64,000 bases of DNA from the NCBI GenBank assembly GCA_951406725.2, contig OX597826.1, forward strand, positions 32,612,001 to 32,676,000, given 5' to 3'. The notes below the pieces were generated by a model. The model saw only the letters and a program-made list of their open reading frames with translations. It was not told the origin of the DNA and searched no databases. A program made the position numbers and the translations under genes. The DNA is from Octopus vulgaris (taxonomy: Eukaryota). Shown one piece after another: positions 23,481 through 37,671 of the stretch; position 1 is the first letter of the stretch, and each line of letters begins with the position of its first letter.

Positions 23481-26400
23481 CTTTTATATGATTGTGTGGT
23501 TTTTATTATAACATTATCTTCACTCTGCTGATGGAATTCTGTTCCACTTGTTGAAACCTTACCACATAATATACTTATAAAAACATACACAGACACAAAT
23601 ATATATGTATACATAGATATATAGATAGATATATTCGCGCATACATATGTATCAGGTTATGTAGGTAATATTACAACGTATTACCAAAGTGTTATAACCC
23701 CTTATAAAATGACCTGATACCAACATGACAGCACCGAAATCTCCATTTCAGAAACTCAGAGAGCTTTAGAATATATTTAGATATAATCAGTTCTAGTCAT
23801 TTCTCTGTATATCTTAATACCTCTTTATTTTCCCTCATTCAGTATTCTGTGCCCTATTTTGCAAAACAGTTCACGAATCACCATTTGATTACCGTTTACA
23901 GTCCATTTTATTATTCCTGAAACTTCTAAGGCTTTTAGTATATAGAATATAGAATATGGTGTACCAGTTAGATATCAGAAGAAGAGCTCATAACTCAGAA
24001 AAAAAAAGATACATAATTTAATAATATTTTTGCTTTTGGTCTAAACTGTAAGTTCTATATAGTAAAATACATGACCAAATTTTCTGCTGAGGGAATAACA
24101 AAAATAATAAATTCTGATCATATTAAATAATGTAAAATTCTGTCTGCGAATGATTACCTCGACCCCTTAACATTAAGATTATTCTGTCCAATGTAAAACA
24201 GTGAAGGCTTGATACAGTAGTTTATTTGTTCCTGGAGAATGGTCGTAAAATGAAAACTCATAAACAGAAAATAAAACTTATAAAACCGTGGAAAACAGGG
24301 GTCTCATACCTTGTTAAGTTAGGGGTTACTCACCATCATCATCATTGTCATTGTTTAACATCTGCTTTCCATGCTGGCATGGGTTGAATTGTTTAATTGA
24401 AAACTGGCAAGCTGGGGAGTGGGGAGGGGGGCTGCACCAGGCTCCAATCTGATTTGGCAAGGTTTCTACAGCTGGATGTCCTTCCTGTATTTCTATTTTG
24501 ATACACTCAACCCCAGGATTTATTCTTTGTAGGCCTAGTACTTATTCTATCAGTCTCTTTTGCTGAAACGCTAAGTTATGGGGAAGTAAATACACCAACA
24601 TTGGTGTCAAGCAATGGTGGGCGGGGGACAAACACAGACACATAAATATATACACACACACATATATATATATATATAACATATGGCATGATTATAAACA
24701 GGGCAAATTTTAGCCATTTCTCCACAGACTGAAAAAAATTGAACAAACTTAACTGATTTTTGAACCTTATTGGTTTCTCATCAGAGGCGTCCACACCATT
24801 CTGACAGTCACCAGTGAAACAATCAGCCAAACTGTTTATATACTCAACAAATGCAGCAGTTACTCTATGAAGGAGCCCCTAATTTGCATACCGAAAGTAT
24901 TTAACACTATAGATACCAGTGGCCTGTCAATAGGGATCTTAGTCCATGCAATATCAAGGTATGGTATAATAGATATGTATCACATTCTTTTAGTCTTTCA
25001 TTTGTTTCAGTCATTTGACTGTGGACATGGTGAAGCACTGCCTTTAGTCAAGCAAACTGACTCCAGGACTTATTTTTTGTAGACCTAGTACTCATTCTAT
25101 GGATCTTTTTTGCTGGACTGCTAAGTTATGGGGATGTAAACACACCAGCATCGGTTGTCAAGCAATGGTGGTGGGACAAACACAGACACACAAACAAACA
25201 CACACACATACATACACAAACACACGATGGTCTTCTTTCAGTTTCCATCTATCAAATCCACTCGCAATGCTTTGGTTGGACTGAGGCTATAGTAGAAGAC
25301 ACTTGCCCAAGATGCCACGCAGTGGGACTGAACCCAGAACCATGTGGTTGGGAAGCAAGTTACTTACCACGCAGCCACTCCTGCACCTATGTTAGGCTTC
25401 TTTCAGTTTCCATTTACAGATCCACTCACAATGCTTTGGTTGGCCTGAGGTTATAGTAGAAGACATTTGCCCACAATGCCAAGCAGTGGGACTGAACGAG
25501 TAACCATGTGGTTGGGAAGCAAGCTTCTTACCACACAGCCACTCCTGCACCTATATATTGGTTTCACATTTTGGCACAAGGCCAGCAATATCAGGCAAGG
25601 GATTATGTTGGTTAATATGACCTCCAGTGTTCAGCTGGTACATATTTTATCGATCATGAAAGGATCAGAAGCAAAGTCACTATGGACGGAATTTGAACTC
25701 AAAATATAAAGCTGGAGAAAATGCCACTGCCCCAGCATGCTATTCTGCCAGCTCACTGTTCTTGTAATGCTTTGATATTGGTTTTAAATTTTTGCTCAAG
25801 GCCAGAAATGTTTGTGATGGGGGTAAATCGATTACTTCGACCCAGTACGTAACCGATATTTATTTTATCAACCCCGAAAGGATGAAAGTCAAAGCTGACC
25901 TCAGCAGGATTTGAACTCAGAACATAAAGATGAATGAAATGCTGCTAAGCATTTTGTCCAGTGTTCTAACGATTCTGCCAGTTCATTACCTTGATAATGC
26001 TTACGTATATAATGCCATTGTTCTGTATTAATCATGCCCTTTCTTTTAACTGGGAAATTTCGATAATGTGTTTGCTTAATTTCAGAATGACATTGTAGGG
26101 TAAGCGTGAGAAGCTGAATATGGCCAGCTTGAACGTAAAACAAGGTACAATATTTGGGCCTGACATGAGCTTGATATGGTTGGTTCATCATTAATATAAC
26201 AAATGAAAATTTGCTCACCAAGACACAATTTTGGGGGTTAATGAAACACTTATCTATTTATATCCTGGTGTCACAGTATCCACCATCCACCAAATTGTTA
26301 GATGGTATTATACATCACATCACAATGCATTTCATGTCAGGTGAGCAGGCCATCGTGCCGTCTGCTCAGAAGGCTATTCTATTGTAGGGGTTAGCCATGA

Positions 26401-27109
26401 GTGGACTGGTGCAACATGAAATGAAATGTTTTGTTTGTACAACATGCAACTGCTTTGAGAATCGAAACCATGATCCCACTATCATGAACACAACACCTCT
26501 AACCACTGGGCTATGCCCCTTCACCTCATTTAATATATGTCAATGATAACGCAGAACAAGGAATTAAAAAAAGAAAGAAAAAACTTAGGTTTTTTTTTAT
26601 CTTAATTAAAAATCTAATCAAAACAAAATTATCTGTAGCATTCTTGCCAATATTTCAACATTCTATGATTAAATTCATAGAATATATTCTATTTTTAAAT
26701 ATATATTTGTACCTTGCATCGCAAATTATTGAAGAATTAAGTTTTACAAGTTTAACTGTATTCCAAGTGTTTTAGAAAACTATTTTGGGTTATATACTAC
26801 TTCCATTTTGCTTTGTATTTTCAACTGGTTCTGTCTAGGAGATCATCAGAAAAAAAATGAAAAATTAAAAAGTATAAATGTAAATTGGCTCTGAAAAAAA
26901 ATAGACAAAAATAAAAACCTAAAATGCAATGAAGGCAAAACATGTGTAAAAAAAGAATTTTATGAATATTTTATAAAATTGTAAATAGTTTTTATTTATT
27001 TTGTGTGGTTGTGTGGAAGTATAGAGACAGATAAGTTTCATTGATAGAGAAGGACAAGGAAGTGGGAGTAGGAGAGGGAAAATTATATATAGGTCGTGTG
27101 TATAAGTAC

Positions 27110-27140
<31 letters not shown>

Positions 27141-27207
27141 GGTATCTGTTTTCTCTATCAAACATTAAATATATATACATATGTATATAAATATATACAT
27201 ACATACA

Positions 27208-27241
<34 letters not shown>

Positions 27242-27272
27242 CATACATACATACACATATATATATATACAC

Positions 27273-27711
27273 ATCATCATCATCGTTTAACATCTGCTTT
27301 CCATGCTAGCATGGGTTGGACGATTTGACTGAGGACTGGCGAACCAGATGGCTGCACCAGGCTTCAATCTTGATCTGGCAGAGTTCCTACTGCTGGATGC
27401 TCTTCCTAACATCAACCACTCAGAGAGTGTAATGGGTGCATTTATGTGCCACCAGCATGGGTATCACAACTACAATTTCCATTTGATTTTTATTTTGATG
27501 TTGATGTACTTGACTCAATAGGTCTCCTCAAGCACAGCAGGTCATCCTACAATCCATGGTAAGCACAGCAGGTCATCCTACAATCCAAGGTACTTGAATG
27601 GTCTATGGCTGGTTATCTGAAGCTGGTGTAGGTTATGCCGTGGACTCACTTTATTTGTTGGGTCTTTGTAATCACAGCATATCTCCAGAGATTTCGGTCT
27701 TTCGTCATTGA
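27273..27711 (-). mobile_element. 3' end of an RTE-clade LINE (last codons, 3' UTR, GAT tail)
   Basis: Minus strand MTKDRNLWRYAVITKTQQIK* runs into the family D tail; 31-bp internal tandem duplication AAGCACAGCAGGTCATCCTACAATCCA at ~27530-27591. Confidence 0.7.
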
Positions 27712-27715
27712 TATT

Positions 27716-27746
<31 letters not shown>

Positions 27747-27753
27747 GTACACA

Positions 27754-28335
27754 CTAGCACGACACCTGTTGTTTATTGGATTGAAAAAAGCTGCCAAAAT
27801 TGTACTATGAATATTGAAAGTTATTCACTTATATTGTATTGAACATATATAAGAAATGGTTGTTAACTTTCATGTAGACATTAGAACTGTTTCCTTCTGG
27901 CCAATATCATCATGGATGCATATAAACTTCTGATCTCTGTTCTATAGTATTTCAGTCTGTAAATGTAGCAAACATCACACAGGCTTTGGCTTATGTCTAG
28001 TACAAGATAAGTAAATTAAAGTTCGGGGAAAACTAAAAACATATGTACTATAATTTATTGAACTTCAGTATTACAACAATCAAAAATACAAATAACTTTG
28101 CTTAGACGAATAGAGTGTGATGTTGACAATATCAATTCAAAGTTATTAATCATCCTGCAAATTTTAGTTTGTTGATCCCATGCTAAAAACTTCCTTATAT
28201 ACAATGTTTTGGGTTGTACCAGGAGGGGCAAATATGAAAAGATTGTTCTTGCTCCCCACTCTGGATGTCCCAACATATAACTGACCGTGTGAGAAACAGT
28301 CCTCTTCTAATTGCAAACCAGCAACTTTCAAGGTA
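27754..28335 (-). mobile_element. Helitron 3' remnant (PIF1-like helicase C-terminus to CTAG end)
   Basis: 28164-28335 encodes [50 protein letters not shown] ([13 protein letters not shown] motif VI); minus strand ends GTGTCGTGCTAG|T at 27754. Confidence 0.85.
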
Positions 28336-28339
28336 TGTA

Positions 28340-28379
<40 letters not shown>

Positions 28380-28519
28380 CATATATAGATACATATGTAT
28401 ATATACATTCATACAAACATACATATATACATATACACACATATACACACATATACATATATATATATATACACACATACATACATGCCCACCCACTTAT
28501 ATATATATAGGATATATAT

Positions 28520-28859
28520 ATGAGGTAAGGAGGCTTCGAAAGGGGTCTCAGGGTGTAGTGTCCCTGCCTTCCTGAGCTAGTTTTCCACCACATTTCTTAA
28601 AAATCATGGTAGAGGCCTTGGCCTCGGGACCACTCACGTCTAGAAACTGAGATTGGGGGTAAGCAAGGGCATGCTCCCTGAAGAAGATCCAGCTCCAAAA
28701 AGCTTCATGATAGCAAAGGAGAATGGGCACAAGCCAGCCCAAAGTTTGGGGTGGGCTGCACCTGCTTGCTTCAGTTGCTATGGCATTGAGGTGGATCTGA
28801 CCACCTCATTAATGAGAACAAAACCCAGATTTAAAACACTGGATGATGATGATGATGAT
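28520..28859 (+). mobile_element. GC-rich retroposon fragment with (GAT)n tail, family unassigned
   Basis: Abrupt GC-rich block starting after (TA)n and ending GATGATGATGAT. Confidence 0.45.
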
Positions 28860-29374
28860 AAGATCTGCTTCTTTCAGTTTCCGTCTACCGAATCCATTCA
28901 CAGTGCATTGGCTGGGGACACTTGCCCAAGGCGTTCTGCAGTGGGACCGATCCCAGAACCATGTGGTTGGGAAGCAAGCATCTTATTCACAGTGCCATGT
29001 CTTTGCCTTGGTCATTAATTCTAATTATCTTCCCCCACCGAAAAACAAAAAAGACAAAAAAAGAACATGGTAAGTTATTATTAATTTATGCATTATTCTT
29101 TGTTTCACTAATTAGTAATGATTGATAGATATAATCTGTGAGATATGAAATTGGATAAATTAAGAGTAGAGGGGGAGGAGGGGAGGAGAAACATCAATAA
29201 GAATTGATGTGTTCCACTAATTAAAGTGAATATTTTTATAGCTAGACAAGTTAGTTGCGAGCAGGGTTGTGTGTGTGTGTGTGAGCATGTACATACATGT
29301 ACATATGTGGGAGTGTGTAAGTATGTATATGCATATGAGTGTGTATAGTGTGTATATATATATAGACACACCCT

Positions 29375-29414
<40 letters not shown>

Positions 29415-29678
29415 CGTAAATATATGCATGTGTTTATGTATGTATATATATGTACATGTATGTGTATATATGAGCATATGTATGTATATGTGTGTGTGTG
29501 TGAGAATTCTCATGCCTATGTGGGTGCAAATATATGCACACATACGTGCACACACACATACACATACACACATGGCTGCTTCTATGACTAAGTAAATGAT
29601 ATGTGTGCATAATTATGTACATACAAATACACATATACACACGAATGAATTATATATGGGTGTGTGCATGTATGCAAT

Positions 29679-29760
<82 letters not shown>

Positions 29761-29824
29761 GTGCTAGCGCGGAAAACAGACGTTAAACGATGATGATGAT
29801 ATATATGCTCACACACACACACAC

Positions 29825-29871
<47 letters not shown>

Positions 29872-29887
29872 TGTATATATATATATG

Positions 29888-29947
<60 letters not shown>

Positions 29948-30503
29948 TGTATGTATGTATGTACATCTCATGCAAAGTATGTTTGTAATTGCTGCATGCA
30001 TTAATATACACAGCTATCCTACACCCTGCAAAAAAATCTATAACTATTATACCAGGCTGTTTTTACTGAGCAAACATTTAACTTAGCAGATAATTACCAA
30101 GTTGTTAGTAGCCGGCATAATGAAGCAACTACCAAAATCCTTCTAATAATTGCTGCCCCCGCATACAAGAATATTGGTAACAAAGATATGTTGCAAAGTG
30201 TCCTTAGCAAACAGCAGAGTGGGATTTTTGTTGTTTTTGTTTCTTTGTATTTTGAATAATGAGTGACTAAAAAACCTTGAGTCACAAATAATGGTCCAAT
30301 TCTTCACTTGTTTTAGACCCTGGGCTGCGACCATGCTGGAGTAACATGTTGAAGGATTTTGTGAAATTGGCTCCAGTGTTTACTAATTTCTTTTAAAGTT
30401 GCATACTATAGTAGAAGATACTTGCCTGAGGTGTCACACAGTGGGACTGAACCCGGAACCGTGTAGTTGGAATACAAGCTTCTTATCACACAACCATGCC
30501 TGC

Positions 30504-30549
<46 letters not shown>

Positions 30550-30743
30550 ATACACACACGAATTTGAGTGAGTGGACAAATGAAAGAAAGAGGTGCTCAT
30601 TGCATAGCCTTGTCACAGGGACTCAACTTGTCAGGCTCAAGTGTCTCAATCACCTGAGCCCAGTGCATTGGGTCCCTGTGATGAGCCTATAAAACTCTAA
30701 TTTGCAGGGACCAAAATCAAAATATCTTAAATAATAATAATAG

Positions 30744-30807
<64 letters not shown>

Positions 30808-30823
30808 TAGTAGTAGTAATAAT

Positions 30824-31059
30824 AATTCCTATCATAATAGGTGCAAAACTATTCAGACAAATACATAACAAAAACACCAGGACTAACAAGTATATATAGC
30901 ATACAGAAAATATCAATACTAGGCACTGCACACCTATGTAAAACACTTTCAATACCGTGAAAATAAGAGCACCACAACAAACCACAACACATACCCAAGG
31001 CACACAGAGCAGCACTCGGTAGTACAGTAAAAGCACGTGATACAAATAAGACAACTGAG
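30824..31059 (+). mobile_element. R4/Dong-like 3' fragment, family 1
   Basis: Reverse complement of 21236-21490 with a small deletion; (TAA)n on both sides. Confidence 0.8.
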
Positions 31060-32020
31060 TAATAATAATAATAATCCTTTCTGCTAAAAGCATGAAGCCA
31101 GAAATTTTGGGGAGGTGGATATTCCATTACCTTGACTCCAGTCTGCCACTGGTATTTATTTCATAACGGTTTCTGATTCAGGCCCAAGGTAACTGGTGTT
31201 GGTTTGTTTATCGTTCATATTCCCATAACTTAGTGGTTCACCAAAAGACTCTAATAAAATAAGAACCAGAATTCAAAAATAAGTTACTGAGGTTAGTTTG
31301 TTTGATTAAACACTTAATGGCTGTGCCCCCAGCATGGCCACAGTCCATTGACTGAAACAAGTAAATGAAAAAAAAAAGTGCTGCTGTTTAAAATGAGATT
31401 TTCTTTTTCCTGCTCTGATTTACCTGAAATCACATATTGTTTTTGATTAAAGAATGAAAAAGAAAATCAATCACTCAGTCAATCAGCAAAACATTTATCA
31501 CAGCTGACTAACAAAGCCTTCATAGTTAAGATGGATTTTCTGGTAGTAGAATATGCCAGTCTATAATGGTTATGTCGTTATGTTCCAAGTTCAAATTCCA
31601 CCAAGGTCTACTTTTGCCTTTCATCCTTTCGGGGTTGATTAAACAAGTACCAGTTACGCATTGGGGTCGATGTAATCAACTTAATCCCTTTGTCTGTCTT
31701 TGTTTGTCGCCTATGTTTAGCCCCATGTGGACAATAAAGAAACGAATATTTAGACAGATGTATTTTAATCAAAGATGCAGCAACAGGAAATTTTTGCCAT
31801 TCATCTTTTAGAAATTGATGAAATAAGTACCAGTTGACTACTGGTGTCCATGTAATCAAATCACACCCTTCCTAAAATTGCAGGCCTTGTGCCAAAATTT
31901 GAAACCAATATCATCATTATTATTACGTACAATTTTTGTTTTGTTCTGTGCTGTCCATAATGTTTTTCTTCATGTAAACCCTTGCAGTTAATAAAGAAAT
32001 CATCATTATTATTATGATTA

Positions 32021-32078
<58 letters not shown>

Positions 32079-34144
32079 CATCATCATCATTATTATTATT
32101 AAGGTGGTGATCTGGCAGAATCGTTAGCCTGCCTGATGAAATGATTAGTGATATTTCATCTGTCTTCACTCTCTGAGTTCAAATTCCACTGAGGTTGACT
32201 TTGCCTTTCATCTTTTCGGGGTCAGTAAATTAAATACCAGTGAAACACTGGAGATGATTACATCGACTTGTCGCCTTCCCCAAAGTGGCTGCCCTTGTGA
32301 CAAAATTTGAAACCATTATTATTATCATTATCATTTTTATGTCATTATTATCATTATCATTATTATTATTTTCATTATCGTTATTATATCATTATTATTA
32401 TTATCAGGCATTGAGCTGGTAGAATCATTAGTATGCTGGGTGAAATGCTTTGCGGTATTTCGTCCATCTTCACGTTCAGAGTTCAAATTCTGTCGAGGTT
32501 GACTTTGCCTTTCATCCTTTCAGGGTTGATGAAATAAGTACCAGTTAAACACTGAGGTCGATTTAATCGACTGGTCTCTTCCCACAAAATTTCAGGTCTT
32601 GTACCTCTAGTAGAAAAGATTATTATTATTTTTATTATTAGTATTTAATTCAGTAGTCCCATGTCAGTTTTTCCCTTATTTATTCTTTATTTAACAGGTT
32701 TCAAATTTATAGGAAGCTTGTGTGATTGTTCCCAAATCCTCTCAAACCAAAATATAAATAATCCCACAGAAATTTATAGAAAATGTTAAATTTTCCACTG
32801 AACTCTGTCACTGTTTTGCACTGACCAACTTTAAACGTGAGTTTCAGATATAATAGTTATTGACTTGGGAGTTTATCAGGCTGACATTTTGCAGGAACAC
32901 CTAAACTGACATTAGAGACAGACAAACTAAGCAGTCATATTCACTTCTGCCTGACTTTTTGTGTTTTTAGCAGCACTCATTGCCTTCAACACAGTATATA
33001 TATACATATATATATACATATACATACACACACATACCTATATACACACACACGCACACACAAACACACATACCTATATATATGTATGTATGTATATATA
33101 TATATATGTATATATATTTATATATATTTATATACATGTGTGTGTGCAGTCATGGCTGTGTGGTAAGAAGCTTGTTTCTCAACCACATGGTTCTGGGTTC
33201 AGTCCCAACTGCATGGCATCTTGGGCAAGTGTCTTCTACTATAGCCTAGAGCCATATATATATAAATATGTGTGTGTTTGAGTCTTTGTGTCTGTGTTTG
33301 TTCCCTTGCCACCACTTGACAACTGTTGGTGTGTTTATGCCCCCGTAACTTAACAGTTCAGCAAAAGGGACTGATAGAATAAGTACTAGGCTTACAAAAA
33401 ATAAGTCCTCAGGGTTGATTTCTTCGACTAAAACCCTTTCAGATGGTGCTCCAGCATGGCCACAGCCAAACAGCTGAAACAAGTAAAGAAAGAAAAAAAT
33501 AAAAGATATGTATGTGTGTGTATATACATATTTGAGATATATACGTATTATACACACACATGCGCACACACACACTGATTGTAGTTCACTTCTAAACAGA
33601 AAACATACATGAATGCAGGTACATGATGAGATGATGTACCAAAAAAGAAAGGAAAAGACAATAACAAAAAAGCAAGACAGATCTTACTGCAAAATAATAT
33701 TGCTGTACAACAACAAAAACAAATCTTGTAAATTCACATATTTTAAGGCCCCATGGTGAAGCTAAAAATATATCTGATCAGAGGATGATGAGTGATAATT
33801 GGTGAATGATAATTCTTGTGAATAATTAGGAACAAATCAAAGAATGAGAAGAAAATAAGATAAAACATAAATAAGAAATTAAATGAAGAAAGAAGTAATG
33901 AAGGGGGTGGGAAATGAGGTACATGTGTGTGTGTGATGGAGTAAATAATTTGTTTGTTGGACAATTGCTGAAAAAAATAGTATTATGGTTGATTAAAAGC
34001 GATAGGATATAATAGGAGAGGAAATTAAAGAATTAAAGATTAGGTTTGCTTGGATGACTGACCTTGGAAAATGTGTGTTGATTAAACAGACTCTGCTCAC
34101 ATTAGCTAAGTCAATTAAATAAAGCATCTTTTGCTAAACATGTT

Positions 34145-34180
34145 AATTGAGGTGTGCGTGCGTTTGTGTGTGTCTATGTG

Positions 34181-34225
<45 letters not shown>

Positions 34226-34445
34226 ATGTGTATGTGTGTGTAATTGTGTGTGTGTATGTATGTGCATGTATGTGCGTTTGTGTGTGTATGTGTGTGTGTG
34301 GATGTGTGCTTGTGTTTGTGTGTTTTTGTGTGTGTGTCAGCATGTGTATGTATATGTGAGTGTGTGTTTGTGAGAGTGTGTGTGTATGTATGTGTGTGTA
34401 TGTGTGTATCTGTGTGTGTGTGTTTGCGTGTGTATGTGTGTGTGT
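34145..34445. repeat. Degenerate (TG)n tract
   Basis: Direct inspection; a longer equivalent lies at ~58625-59103. Confidence 0.9.
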
Positions 34446-35705
34446 TGGTGACAGAATTAATACAACTAATTCCTTTATTAAAAAGAGATTTGAATAAATG
34501 AAATAAAGAAAACACAAACGAGAAAAATAAAAACAACAAAAACAAAAAGACAAATAAGCAGAGAGATTCAAAAGATTTTTGTTCAATACAAAAATATTGG
34601 TTTCAAATTTTGGCACCAAGCCAGAAATTTCTGGGGAGGGTCTTATCGATGTACATTGACCCTAGTACACAACTTATTTTAGCAAGCCCTGAGAGGATGA
34701 AAGGCAAAGTCCAGCCTCAATGGAATTTGAACTCAGAACATAAAGATAGATGAGAAGCTAATAAGTATTATGCCCAGTGTTCCTTTATTTCAGTCATTCT
34801 GACTGTGGCCATGCTGGAGCACAACCTTTTAGTCAAACAAATCGACCCCATTACTTATTCTTTGTAAGCTTGGTACTTATTCCATTGGTCTTTTTTGCCA
34901 AACCGTTAAGTTACAGGGACATAAACACACCAAGATCGGTTGTCAAGCGATGCTGGATGGACAAACATAGACACACAAATACATATATATATATATAAAT
35001 ACGCACACACACACACACAAACGCACACACACATATATATATACAAGAGGCTTCTTTCAGTTTCCGTCTTCTAAATCCACTCACAAGGCCTTAGTCAGCC
35101 TGAGGTTATAGTACAAGACACTTGCCCAAGGTGCCAAAATGTGGAACTGAACCTGGAACCATGTGGTTGGGAAACAAGGCTTCTTACCACACAGCCATAC
35201 CTGCACCTAATGATTCTGCCAGCTCTCTGCCGTAAATATACAAAACTATTACTGATTATAAAGAACCTCATGCAGTTATCCAAACATAAAAACATTTTGG
35301 CGTCAGACTGACCAAAATGATTTTTAATTGCTTCACAATATGAATTCTATGCATTTTTACTTGAAAATGGTGTCTGCTGTTATTCTAAGTTTTTCATAAA
35401 AAAATTTCTTGTTTTAATTAGCTCATTAGTACCTGCCCAAATGCTGAAACCATGCTGCGGTGTATGAGACATTCTGGTGCAGCTGTTTTGGCACTACCTG
35501 CTTGGCATTGCTGATTGGACCCTGACATCAGATGTTTAATTTCTTCCTCCCTCCCTCTCTCTTTGTTTAATTTCTTCCTTCCTCCCTCTCTCTTTATGTT
35601 TCTGTTGTGACATGCATATTCACGGCTGGTGTAAAATGGTATTACACAAATAAATGGTTGTGGTTATCTAAAAATCACAGGAGCATACGTAAACAAAGAA
35701 CTCAC

Positions 35706-35778
35706 TCAGTACTACTCGTACGTAGGTGTGATACTCAGCATTCCATTGTTCCACTGCCGACTGTTTTAACCAACACAT
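35706..35778 (-). other. Candidate first coding exon (phase 1)
   Basis: MCWLKQSAVEQWNAEYHTYVRVVL then A|GTGAGT; upstream in-frame stop; unique CpG-retaining island next to CT/GA repeats. Confidence 0.3.
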
Positions 35779-37048
35779 GTCGAACCAACATGGTTGACCA
35801 ACACAGTCAAATTAACACCCGTCAGCTACTCCCCCTGACAGTTCACTCATTTGTCGAAATAGGTTAGTCAACCTTCAGTCATGTGGGGCTGTTTAGGATT
35901 CTCCCATAACAATTTCAGAGGAAAGGGTAAATTTCTGTCAAATGTGTTCAGAAATAAATTGCAATATCTCTCTCTCTCTCACATTCTCTATCTATCTGTC
36001 TGTGTGTATGTGTCTCTTTCTGTTTATGCATGTGGGCATATCTCTCATTACATTTGTATATAGAATCCCTCCTTCTCTTCCTCTGTCTGTCTATCAGTCT
36101 GTCTCTGCTTATGTGTGCGAGCATCTAGTTCTGTTTGTATGTATGAGTATCTCTCTCTCTCTCTCTCTCTCACACTCTCATTCTCTATCTCTCTTTCATC
36201 CTGAAAAGAGAGATAGTGTTTATGTCAATAATGTTCAAATAAATAGCATTCTCTCTCTCTCTCCCTCTTCCTCTCTGTTTAAGTATGTGAGTAGTTATCC
36301 TTCTATGCATAATGTCTGAATCTCTCTCTTCTTCCCTCTTCCTCTCCCTCGTTCAATCTGTATGTGAATATTTCTGTATGTACAAGAGAATGCTGTGTGT
36401 GTATGTGCATCTGTTTGCTTCTAGTGCCAAAAAGTACAACAATCAAAATAGACTTCTGTGACTGAAACAAATAAAAGATAAACAATAACGAGTAAGAAAT
36501 TTGGAATTTGGCACAAAATCTAAAACACAGACTAGGAGTGTTGTTCACATTGGCTGAAGTCATACAGCCATACAGCAGGAGGGTTTCAATGACTACCCAA
36601 TTGATGGAAAATTTATAGACAGACAGCAGGCACATGCCATCAGTTATTACTCAGGGTAGGCAGTTGGTGACCTTTATGTAGTAAAACACACAAAAAATAA
36701 GCGAAACAGCTGTGTGACTGAGGTGAAGGCAGATTTACTCCTGCCTTTAAAGCCTATAAAGAAAACGTTGTTGTAGGAGTGTCTGCAGCATGTTTACTAC
36801 AGCAATACTATACGTAGCTTAAATATTGAAATTGAAAAGCAAGGGAAAATTATGCCTACCTAATCTACAGAAAAAAAAAAAAAATATATCTTGCATTTTA
36901 TGCATCATAATCAGACTAACCTTCATAATTTTATTAAATTAGATGTATATTTTGCCAAAAAGGAAAACGTTGCGATTGATCTATTTTATTCAAGGTAAGC
37001 ACAGCCTACCTTGCCTATCTAAGTAGTATATCTCTGATAGATAGATAA

Positions 37049-37120
<72 letters not shown>

Positions 37121-37123
<3 letters not shown>

Positions 37124-37271
37124 CATTATTTACATTATTTACATTTGACGGCTATTTGTCCTCATCTTGTTTGTTGTTAACACAACTTTTTGGCTGATAT
37201 ACCCTCCAGCCTTCATCAGGTGTCTTGGGGAAATTTTGATCCTGGGTTCTCAATACTAGGGTATTTTTCGA

Positions 37272-37320
<49 letters not shown>

Positions 37321-37334
37321 TATTATTATTATTA

Positions 37335-37381
<47 letters not shown>

Positions 37382-37460
37382 ATCACTGCCTGGAATCGAA
37401 CTCGGAATCTTGGGGTTAGTAGCCCGTGCTTTTAATCACTGCACCATATGCCCGTGGGCA
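37121..37460 (-). mobile_element. ORF-less copy of the PLE tRNA-(AAT)n-hammerhead module
   Basis: Minus: GGGCATATGGTGCAGTG..GAGTTCGATTCC, (AAT)n, GACAC-CTGATGA-A-GGCTG..CAGCC-AAAA-AGTT-GTGTT; embedded in (GATA)n/(GGTA)n. Confidence 0.8.
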
Positions 37461-37591
37461 GATAGATAGCTAGGTAGATAGCTAGGTAGGTAGGTAGGTA
37501 GGTAGGTAGGTAGGAAGGTAGGTAGATAGGTAGGTAAGTAGGTAGGTAGGTAGGTAGGTAGGTAGATAGATAATTAGATAGCTAGGTAGGG

Positions 37592-37671
<80 letters not shown>

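Noticed and set aside
31415-31450. Recursive splice site (minus TTTCAG|GTAAAT)
   Set aside because: No real polypyrimidine tract; expected by chance.
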